This document shows positions 53,667-63,943 of a stretch of 64,000 nucleotides of DNA, piece by piece (positions within the stretch are counted from its first letter, which is position 1; every line of letters begins with the position of its first letter). This DNA is from Hydrolagus colliei. Its lineage: Eukaryota. The DNA lies in the NCBI GenBank assembly GCA_035084275.1, contig CM068757.1:9796001-9860000 (forward strand), in the 5' to 3' direction. Both the position numbers and the translations under genes were made by a program. Below the pieces are notes generated by a model. The model was not told the DNA's origin and did not search any database. It saw nothing but the letters and a program-made list of their open reading frames with translations.

Positions 53667-53680
53667 GAAAGTGAAACTGA
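53667..53680 (+). promoter_or_regulatory. ISRE/IRF-E, gene 4 promoter
   Basis: GAAAGTGAAACTGA, starting 124 bp upstream of ATG 53791. Confidence 0.75.
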
Positions 53681-53790
53681 GCTCAGGGCGCGGTTGCAGC
53701 TCAGGCTGAGGCCGCGGAGACAGAGGGAGAGAGAGCGAGAGGCCTCGCCACCCACACCCAGCTCAGACCCTCACCCCAACCTGGAGGATC

Positions 53791-53848
53791 ATGTCGGTGC
53801 AGCCCCTGGTCTGGACTGTGCTGCTGCTGCTGCCGCCCCCGCTACTCG
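53791..53848 (+). CDS. Gene 4 exon 1, signal peptide
   Basis: MSVQPLVWTVLLLLPPPLL, followed by g|gtacag. Confidence 0.78.
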
Positions 53849-56800
53849 GTACAGTCCCGGGGCCTGGGGAGCGGGGGGGGGGGGGGAGAGCGTGGGGGGG
53901 ATGCCGCGGCTCCTCAGAGTGATCAGGCCCGTCAGCCGGGGCCTCACCAGAGCAGAGGGTGGGGGGGGGGGTGAGGGGTAGTGCGGTGGGGGGGGGGTTT
54001 GGGGGAGGGTAGGAAGGGAGGGGGTAGTGCTGGGGGGAGAGGGTGTGAGAGGGGGAAGGCGGGCAGGTGGTAGGGGTCGTGTTTGAACCAAAGTATTCAG
54101 TAGATGTTGATCCATCACTTACTGTGGTTGTCGTCCCTCCCACCCCCCAGGTTACAGTCTATCATCCCCCCCCCCCCCCCCCCCAGGCTACTGGGTGTCT
54201 ATCACCCCCCTCCCCACCCAGGGTATATGGTGCCTACCTCCCCCTGCACCACCATGTCTGCCTCCCACACCAGGACTACATTGTCAGTTTGAACTGGGGT
54301 CCGTTTGATATGGAAATTTTCCGATATCGATGTATCGGTGGGCTCATATCGCTATATACCGATATATCGATATCTCCGGGTTTTTTTTATCCTGTGTATG
54401 CGCGCGCATTCGGAGGTGCGTGCTCTAGGCCCAGGAGGTTTGCAATGCCGGCGACAAGGCAAGTTGTAAAAGTTTTATATTATACCGATATATCGATATA
54501 TCACCGGACACGATTTATCGATATTTTGCGATACACCAATTTTTTTAATATCCTGAATTTTTCGATATACCAATATATTCGAGTTTCCAATATCGGCATA
54601 TCGATATGAAAAATTATACCGATATAACCGATATATCGCCGGACACTAGTTTGAACAAACTCAGATTCCTGTTGTTGGCTCAGAAGCCACTATCTCTGGA
54701 GCAGAGGAGAGAGTGCGACCAACTGAACCCGGGTTGACACCTATTTTAACAACAATAATAATCTTGCATTTGAAATGGTGCCTGACCACGTCTTCGAGAC
54801 ATCGCAAAGCTCTTCACAGAATATCCAGTAGAGTGAATTGACTGTATTTTTTTGTGTGGCCAAAATTTGGAAAATCTTCGATTTGCTTCCAATTGTACTC
54901 GTCTTCAAGTGACTGAGTAGATCACACTGTGACTCGCATTGTTGTTTTGGTCAGTGATTCCAAGAGGGGAATGGAGGAATTATTCACTTGTTTACAGCTT
55001 AGGATGGGGGGGTCAGATATAGTTAGAGTGTTTTCCTGAATAATATTGGTTTGTCTTTATTCAAATCTACAGCCAAGATGACATTGAGAACGAGTCCTGC
55101 TGAATCATTGGTAAATGAAGATGTACTCCTACAGTTTGAAATTGCTGACCTGACAGGCATTTCGTTGGATAGAAAAAACCTTGGAGTTCTGTGGGCCTTC
55201 AATGGTGAAACTGTTGTTCAATACAATAACGGAGTCTTGAACATTGCCTCGTCAGGCATTGAGCTGCTGGAAACTTCCATCCTAAAAGGAAACATGTCAC
55301 TGTTATTGAAAAAGGTGACGGTGAAAGAAATGGGAGAATATCAGTGCACAGTATTTGTGGCTCCAAATGAGCAAGCTATTGGCAATATAACTCTTGAAGT
55401 TTTAGGTAAGCTACTGGTGATTGTTGCAAACATTATTTAAGAATCCTACAATCATGTTTGGTTTTGATATATCACATCAGGAGGATTTCTCAAAGCCCTT
55501 GTTAAAAGCTTGTTAAAAGAAATAGTACATGTTTGTTTTGTACATAATAATAGTTATCCTTGATATAGTGCCTTGTCACTTTGATTCACAATTATAACTG
55601 TAAGGTACTAGTATATTTGTAGGTATTTACATTACAGTACTCATATTTGTTCTGGCAGCACGGCCCTCAGTGATTGTGGTTTCGGAAGAAAAGGTGGAAA
55701 TCGGCCATGGAGGAGAGATGACCTTGGATTGTCAGCTAAATGGATTTTATCCTTGCAAAGCCAGTGCTGAGTGGTTTCAGAAGACGTCACAAGACGAAAT
55801 GAAGCAGTTAACAGATATATGCATTAGCCAAGTATTCACCAACACCGATGGGCTGTGCAATATATCCATTGAGGTTCGACTGTTACCTGTCATGGAGGAT
55901 ATTGGTAGCACTTTCTACTGTGTTGCAAAACACAAGACTTTTCAAGAACCATACTTTGCGGAAGCTCGGGTTACATTGAAAGGTTAGTTGCAGTGGTCTT
56001 TGTCCTTTATTAAAATGGTAAACATCAATTCTGATTCAAGGCGTAGGGGGGAAAAATGTATAGGTGCAAGTTAGATTTTTTTTAGGAGAGTTTTGAAAAC
56101 AGGGCTAAGAGGTGAACTTTTAGATCAAATTCGAAGATTGAGATGAGGAGGGATTTGGGGAGGGAGTTTAAGAGAATGGAAGTATAGATTTCTCAAGCTT
56201 GGCCATTGATGGTGGGGAAACCAGACACGGGCCCCAGTTTGTGGAATGGGCAGGAGAGAGGCTGGCTGGAGGAAATTGGAGAAGTTTGGGTATGACACAG
56301 GTGTGGAGGGATTTACCAATGACAGGATCGTGAAGTTGATCTGATGACAGGACAGGGAATAATGGAGTTAGGCAAGGATGAGTGAGTTTGTCAGCACACA
56401 GATCCTTGTGGACAGGATGTGGGAAAGTTGGGCTACTTTCTGTTCAGCAGAAACAGGTACATTAAGCTGCAAGGTGATAGACCTGTGAGGCGCTTGTTTT
56501 AACACCAGTATAAGATAAAGATGTAGTATTGAGAAAGTATGGTTGAAATATCCTTACTGGGTAATGACACAGCCCATTTTCTCCAGAAAATTCCATGTTA
56601 TTCTGCACAATGTTGAACACTGATAGTTATGATCTTTGTTTGTCTCTCTGATTAAGCAGTTGGCACTTGTTATTCTCTGCTGTAGCATTCTGAGCTATTG
56701 AAAAATGAAGTCAATTTGAAAAGTATTGTAACTAAATCTTAATGTTTTTTGTTTATAGAGGTAGAAATTCGTATTTCCCATGGATCGGTCGTTGCAAGTA

Positions 56801-59800
56801 TTATCTTGAGCATTATATTCACTGTTGCAGCAATAATACTGGGGATCTTTGTCTATATGAAGTACTTTCATAAAGGTAATCATCTGGAAATTTTGTGTGC
56901 TACTTTCTAGGAATATATCCCTGTGCGAACTAAGAGCTTAAGGGGATGAAAGCTTCACTGTCCAGTAGTTATGTAGATTCTCTTATGTGTCTTGTATGGA
57001 ACAGATCATGCAAAACTGTTGTCTCTTTTCCCCTTCATTCTAACATTCATAGACACATTTGTTGGGCCAGCTAAATGTTGTGACACCCCTTGCCATCCCA
57101 TCATGTCTGTCCTGTCTGTATTAAAGAGCAATCCTATCAGTCCCATTTAACTGCCCTTTCTCCATACCTTTACTTTTTAGGTATCTATCTAGTTTCCTTT
57201 TTGAAGCTAATATTAAGAGTGTATCAGATGTGACTGGAGCTGGTCATCAAAATATGTTGGACAAATGCAATTTGAAATATTCTTGCTTTGACTTATGTTG
57301 TTTTATTTTCAGTTCCACCCAAAATTTCAGATATCAAAAAACCTGCTCGTATTGTACATCAAGAATCTGTTGAATTAATGTGCCATGTGTCTGGATACCA
57401 ACCCGAAGACATTTCTATTTGCTGGTACCTGAAGAGTTTGAAGGAAAAGCAAAAAAAATTGATTGGGGAATATCATAAAAGTCAAATGCAAAGTTTACCT
57501 TTTATTGGTAAAAAGAGCAAAATCCCAGGCCCTGACCCCGAGTTTGCAATATATGAGAACCCTGATCAGTGGGAAGTCAAAACAGTCAATGTTAAAAAAA
57601 ATAAGGATGGAACATTCAGTCTCTCCAGCATTCTTTGTATCTTTCCTGATATAACTGAACACAACAAAGCTGAAATCATGTGTGACGTGAACCATCCATC
57701 TGGCAAAAGAGTCGTCAAAACCCTCTCTTTAGAGGTTACTGGAAGTAAGTGAACAAATGTCAATTGGAAAGTGACTTCTATAATGCGTAGCTGCTGTGAA
57801 ATGTTTTGCTATGGGGCACACGTGTCTCCCTATTTGTGCTCATTGTAATTAGAGTCGCAAGGTTCTACAGCCAATGCTTTCTCAAGCCTCACCATTTATG
57901 GCCAATCTAAATTCAATACCGAAGATCCATGATTTGGAGTTTTCAGGTTAATGTCTTGTTGAGTTCTCTTCACCATCTTTTCCCTAATTGCTTTCTGGAG
58001 CCCGTGTCATTCTCTTTGTAGGTCATGGTTTTGTACTGTATATTCCATCTTCATTGGAACAACAACAACAAAATTACATTTGTATAACGTCTTTCACGTC
58101 GGGAGGTCATCCAAGGTGCTAGACACTCAATGTTTCAGACCTGAGTTGAGGTCGGGATTGGGGAGGGTGAAGCGAAAGGATGGGATTTGGGGTGATTGAT
58201 AGGATTGTCGAAGAGGAGGGTCTTGAGGCAGTACTGGAAGGAAGCTAGGGAGGGGGCGAGGCGGAGGGTTTGCGGGATGGATCAGAGTGACTGAAGGCTC
58301 GCAGGCCAATGGTGGGGTGGGTGAGTTGGTGGACGGGGAGCAGGCCGGAGCTCGCTGAGCGCGGGAGTGGGCAGGGGTCAGGAGGTCAATAGGGTGGGGC
58401 AAGGCCATAGAAGGCTTTAAAGATGAGGAACAGGATCTTGAATCCTCTGGGTGATGAGGAGCCAATGGATTCAGGTGAGAATGGGAAAGATGGGGTCACG
58501 GAGCTTGCAGCAGTAAAAGACACGGGCCTCAGAGTTCTGGATGATCTGCAGGCTATGGAGGTAGGAGTTTGGAAGACTGAGTTGGAAGCAACGAGTTGGC
58601 ATAGTCCAGTCAGGATGTGATGAAGGCATGAATGAGAGTTTCAGCGGCCTGAGGGGCGAGGTAGTGGCACAGTCGGGCAATGTTGGGTAAGTGAGGGAAG
58701 ACAGTGTGGGTCATGGTTTGGATGTGTGGGAGACAGTTGAAGATCGAACAAGACACCTTGGTTCCTGATTGGCTTGGTGAGGTGAGTACTAGACAAGGGG
58801 CCAACACCATGCAGGAGATGACCCTGGTTAAAAAGAATAAGGCAAATATTTGGTTGATGTTTGGGTTGTTGATTAGATCCCATAGGAGGAACGAACACTG
58901 AGGGAAGTGGTGAATTCTATGGAACCCACATAGGCACAGTTCACTCAAATACTGCACTCCAGTGTCTGAATACACTGGTTTCTGGATCCAATCCGTTGGT
59001 CAAATGCCAAATCTGTATCCTTAAATCGAGGTGTGAAACATGCCCGAAAATCACTGTGGCAAATCTTTAACTTTGGTCTTAATTAGGAAACTGCAGTTCT
59101 TCTATGTACTGTATATTGTATATATATACTTGAAAACTTGCAAAGTAAAAGTAAATTTTCTACAGTTCTGTATAGCCTTAAATTTAAGACCAAATTCATC
59201 CTGTATGAACAGTAACACCCGCTATCTCTGGTTCCTTGGTTTGATAGTTTTACCGAATCCCGAGTTAGTAATTCATGATACTGTACATTGTAGAAAAATA
59301 ATGTGCTCGCCTTCAACAGATGATATTACTATCAAATGACTATTTACCTTCAAAGCCAATGTGGGATTCTAACCAAATTAATATCTTTTTTTCTTTCCCT
59401 TTAGTTCCTCCGCAATTGGATGAAATAATTCAACCTCCTATTGTGCTTCATAACAATTCAATCATGCTGACGTGTCCCATTAATTTTTTCAAACCAAGCT
59501 CCTTAGTTATCAAGTGGTACAAAATAAAGGATATAGGGGAGAAACTTCTCATAGTACACTATGTTAATGGCATGGATAAAAACAGCTGTCAGCCACAGTT
59601 TTCCCATAGTGTGAGTAAATTCAGTTATCCTAACCACACTGAGAGTATTCACAGCAAGCTGCTATTCAATGCAACAATTGAAGAAGATGAAAAGAGTCAG
59701 TACTTTTGTGAAGTTCAGCATCTTGCTTTGCAGAACCCAGTTGAGCAAGTTGTCGAACTACAAGTCAAAGGTAATTCTTTTAAGTTCACTTACACATAAG

Positions 59801-62620
59801 TAGTTACTACACTTTACAGTAAAGCACTTTGATATATTTCAATGGCTGATAAGGTGCTATATCCAATGCAAGGATTACTATATGAAATATGTTGGAAGCA
59901 GTTTAAACTGTTCCTTTTCTTTTCCAGCTTTTCCAATCCTGAATACCATTGTGAGTGACCCACCAAACGCTGTAGTTGGAGAGAGACTGTCTCTGTCCTG
60001 CAAAGTGCATTCCTTTTATCCAAAATATATAATGGTTCGTTGGTTTAAAAACAAGGAGCTTCTTGAAACCGATGACATGATGAACGCAACTCAAGGCTCT
60101 CCTGAGAAAGAGTTGTTTGAACTGACCAGTCAATATACATTTACTGTGTCGCTCTCAGACCTGAGCTCGGTATACAAATGTGAGGTTGATCATGAGAGTC
60201 TCATGTATCCAAGAGTCGAATATTATATTCCTGAAAACCTGGGTATGTTTGAAGTTATTTTCTGCCAAGTCATTTTGTGAAGCACATTTTGTAGAAGAAT
60301 ACATTTTGTTTCATGTATTGACATTTTAAAATTAATTTGGATGAACATATATATGTTGGGCTTAAGAGTTTTTATCTATTTTGTGCTTTTCAGTTGAATT
60401 GAAATTGTAATTGTACCTTATTTTTTTTCTTCCGTTTTCTCTGGATTTCAGTGTCTTTCCCAAAGGTATCAGAAGTGTTGAGTGACCCACCCATCCCTGA
60501 AATTGGAAAGAAGTTGACCTTAACCTGCACCATAAATGAGTTTTATCCAAAAGACATTCAGGTTGAGTGGTTCAGAGACAATGTGGAAATGGAAATGAAT
60601 GGGGAATATGGAACAATTACAAAAGAATCATCCAGTAAAGATGGTCTAAACTGTATAGTTACCACAGTCACCCTTACTCCAACCACTGATGACCATCAAG
60701 CCTTATACACAGTAGAAATTTGCCATTCAAAATCGTCAACCAAACCTTACAAGCAAACTTATCAGCTGTTGATTAAAGGTAACTTGAAGAATAGTTTATT
60801 GCAGGAGACTACAAATGTCCATCAAGATGTAAGGAGATCAGGTGGGAAATATTTGAGCAAATGTAGGGGATGAGTGTAACCCTAAAATTATACTAGAGGT
60901 ATAGGTATGCTGTTACTATCCAATGTTGCTTTTGAAATGGTAACTTTAATAAACCATTTGAAGTAAAACTGGACAATCCAGGACAGATGATAGTGATGCA
61001 GTATATATTTATTAGTCTGAGCTCAGGGAAAATAAAGTCTCAATTGTTCCCAGAAAATGTAACTTCTACCATTTTCTGTTGGTGCTTAAAGGTAGTAAAA
61101 GAAACACACAACTCTACTGGCACATTTCTTTCTTCCTCGCCCTCACCAACTCCAAATTATATCCTAAGCAAGTGTTCTATGTAAGAGAATGCTCTTGAAA
61201 ACCATGCTGAATTCTATATGTTCCCAGCTCTATTTGCTGTGATGTACTGGTTTAGCACTCGTGATACAAGGAGAGCTTTATTCAAATAGAAATTGTGTCT
61301 CTTGCACTAATTTGTGCTTGTTCACGTTATCAGAAACTATGGAGAGTTAATGATTTGCGTAGACAAAACATATCTAGACAGGTTAATAAAATAGATTCAT
61401 CAGGACTTATTCATATTTGTTACCTATTCAGTGTTTTTATGATCTTGTTACAGGTTCCCCCAGATTTTCAGAATTCGTACTGGAACCAAAGACACTTAAG
61501 TTTGGTAAACACGTATCTGTGTCCCAAACAATGACTGGCCTTTGCACTAAAGATTTTAGTATTGAGTGGTACAAAGGGGATAATCATGTTATTGAAGGAG
61601 TTGTGAATTCCAGCCTAACTCGGGAAACTCAAAACACTTACAGCATGAATAGTTGTTTGAAATTCCTCCTGACTGCAGAGGACTTTGAAAAAGATATAAG
61701 TTTTCATTACAAAGAGAATACCAAAACAGATGTGTTCAAACGACATTGTCATTTGCCTCTGAAACGTGAGTATATTCTGAGTATTTAATATATTTCTAAA
61801 ATCTTGCAATAATTTTCACATTACTGTTTATTGGATTTAATAGTCTTCTTTGCAAGGATAGAAGCTCTTATTTAACATGCGACTGATGCACTTCTGTATT
61901 TATCTTGTTACACATTAGTCTTTTCTATTGAACCATATTTTTATGATTAATAATTCATTAATAGTATGCTTCAATAGAAAAGACTAACGTGGAATAAAAT
62001 AAATAAATAAGTGCTTCAGTAATAATTATTAATAATAATAATCCTTGCATTTGATGCAACCTTTGCTTAATTTCTTATTGAAGCACATTACCTGCATTTT
62101 TGTAGTGCTTTCTCCAGCTCTGTTATGGGATGTCAACCTGGACTGTGGCTTGAACCAACTATCATCCTTTCTTGGAGGACTAAGCCAGGCTGACACATAA
62201 CATCTTGTTAAAGCTCAGAACAGTTTTATTCCTTCTCATTAATTGTGTCATCATGCAGTTGCTGTCAGCGAAACTTACATTGAGCATTGCTTCTGTTTCC
62301 TCGCAGATGTATCTCCTATAGTGTCAGAAATCATATGCAAACCTGAACGACCCAAAATTGGTGAAATGTTAACGTTGACTTGCACGATTGATGACTTCTG
62401 CCCGGGGGATATTACCATTCTTTGGAGTAGGGGATGGATGGATTTCCACAATGAACAATTTTTACAGGAACCCCGCATTGGTGCAAATGGACTTTACTCT
62501 ACGTTTTCGGAGCTGAAAATTAAGATGGAGCCAGATGATGAACCAGAGGAATTTAGTTGTGAAATTCGACATGCAAAAACAAATGATGTTGTGGAGAAGT
62601 TTACCAGTCTGTTGGCTTAG
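53791..62620 (+). CDS. NCR3LG1-like: Gene 4: NCR3LG1-like SP-IgV-IgC1-TM followed by 6 post-TM C1 domains (965 aa)
   Basis: Exons 53791-53848, 55073-55405, 55659-55982, 56759-56875 (TM), 57313-57744, 59405-59770, 59928-60242, 60452-60778, 61454-61765 and 62307-62620 total 2898 nt, open, all phase 1. Confidence 0.85.
54295..54648. mobile_element. Non-autonomous hAT-like MITE (354 bp)
   Basis: Exact 8-bp direct repeat GTTTGAAC at 54287-54294 and 54649-54656. Imperfect TIR (tggggtccg / cggacacta) and many internal gatatatcg subterminal motifs. Confidence 0.75.
55073..55405 (+). CDS. Gene 4 exon 2, IgV (B-strand Cys absent)
   Basis: DVLLQFEI, VLW, GNMSLLL and GEYQCTVFVAP. Confidence 0.9.
55659..55982 (+). 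CDS. Gene 4 exon 3, IgC1
   Basis: LDCQLNGFYP, AEW, NTDG and FYCVAKH. Confidence 0.92.
56759..56875 (+). CDS. Gene 4 exon 4, transmembrane (absent from the ORF track)
   Basis: tatag|ag acceptor and g|gtaat donor. EVEIRISHGSVVASIILSIIFTVAAIILGIFVYMKYFHK. Confidence 0.88.
57313..57744 (+). CDS. Gene 4 post-TM C1 domain 1
   Basis: 144 codons. LMCHVSGYQP, ICW, NKDGTFSLSS and IMCDVNH. Confidence 0.9.
58058..58800 (-). mobile_element. Degenerate L2 3' fragment
   Basis: Minus-strand NIARLCHYLAPQAAETLIHAFITS motif and (aac)n tail. Confidence 0.75.
59405..59770 (+). CDS. Gene 4 post-TM C1 domain 2
   Basis: 122 codons. LTCPINFFKP, IKW and YFCEVQH. Confidence 0.9.
59928..60242 (+). CDS. Gene 4 post-TM C1 domain 3
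   Basis: 105 codons. LSCKVHSFYP, VRW and YKCEVDH. Confidence 0.9.
60452..60778 (+). CDS. Gene 4 post-TM C1 domain 4
   Basis: 109 codons. LTCTINEFYP, VEW and YTVEICH. Confidence 0.9.
61454..61765 (+). CDS. Gene 4 post-TM C1 domain 5
   Basis: 104 codons. VSQTM, IEW and ISFHYK, with a c|gtgagt donor. Confidence 0.85.
62307..62620 (+). CDS. Gene 4 post-TM C1 domain 6, last coding exon
   Basis: LTCTIDDFCP, ILW, NGLY and FSCEIRH, then TAG at 62618-62620. Confidence 0.88.
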
Positions 62621-63022
62621 GTATTTCCTCTTCTTACTCAGGAGGTTTCTGCAAATACAATTGTGCCTGAAGACCTTTTCCTTCAACCGCACTAGCAGTC
62701 ACCTTCTCCTCTTCATGGCTTGGCCTCGGACCCCACCACTGTTAAGCCCTCTGAGATGGGTAAGGTGTGTTTTGAGATGGTTTTAATGAAAAATGTAAAT
62801 TTGTGTAAAGTTCAGAAGATGTAAATTAATGTAAAGTTCACAAGATGTAAATGGATTTACAATTATACAGCACAGAAGGAGACCAACCATTCAGCCTTTC
62901 CTGTGTGTGACGGCTCTTTTATTTAACAAAAAAGCTATTCAAATCAATCCAACTCCTCCATTCTCTCCGGATAGCTCTGCAAAACTTGTCCTTTCCATAT
63001 AATTATCTGAAGTCAATATATA

Positions 63023-63943
63023 CCGTAAATCTCCGCGTATAAGGCGCACTTTTTTTCATGTCGGAAGATCTCGAAAGTTGGGGGTGCGCCCTATACGCAG
63101 GTACAAGAAATTTTGAGCCTCAGAAATGAGGAGGGGCGGCCGGCGCGCTGTCAGCCGGGGTTTGGTCAGTGTGTCCAGTGGGGGTTGGGGGGAGCGGGTG
63201 ATGGGGCTTCGGCCTCGACCGCCCGGGCAGCGGCAGCAGCAGCAAACTTCAGTGCTGAGCCTGCTGCCTGCCTTCTGCCAAACCCAGTCTGTCTCCCTCC
63301 CTCCCTCTCCTGCCTCCTTCCCTCTCCTGCCTCCCTCACTGNNNNNNNNNNNNNNNNNNNNNNNNNNNNNNNNNNNNNNNNNNNNNNNNNNNNNNNNNNN
63401 NNNNNNNNNNNNNNNNNNNNNNNNNNNNNNNNNNNNNNNNNNNNNNNNNNNNNNNNNNNNNNNNNNNNNNNNNNNNNNNNNNNNNNNNNNNNNNNNNNNN
63501 NNNNNNNNCTCTCTCTCTCTCCCTGCCTGCCTGCCTCCCTCCCTCCCTGCCTGCCTCCCTCTCTCCCTCTCTCCCTGCCTGCCTGCCTCCCTCTCTCCCT
63601 GCTTGCCTGCCTCCCGCTCTCCCTCCCTCCCTACCTGCCTCCCTCCCTCCCTCCCTCCCTGTCTGCCTGCCTCCCTCTCTCCCTCCGTGCCTGCCTGCCT
63701 CCCTCTCTCCCTCCGTGCCTGCTTGCCTGCCTCCCTCTCTCCCTCCGTGCCTGCCTGCCTGCCTCCCTCTCTCCCTCCGTGCCTGCCTGCCTCCCTCTCT
63801 CCCTACCTACCTGTCTCTCCTGCCTCCCTCCCTTCTGCCGGCAATATTATCGAAAATGCTTCCGTTTTTTTTCACCAAGAAAAGATCAAAAGTGGGGGGG
63901 TGCGCCTTATACACGAGTGCGCTTTATATGCGGGTATTTACGG
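63023..63943. mobile_element. Non-autonomous Tc1/mariner-superfamily (Tc2-like) element with internal CCT/GCCT repeat and assembly gap
   Basis: TA on both sides. TIR ccgtaaatctccgcgtataaggcgcac matches its right-hand counterpart at 23/27. N gap at 63342-63508. Confidence 0.8.

Noticed and set aside
52764-54609. Many Pro- or Gly-rich ORFs
   Set aside because: They are translations of C/G-rich low-complexity DNA and the MITE. Only 53791-53848 fits a leader exon.
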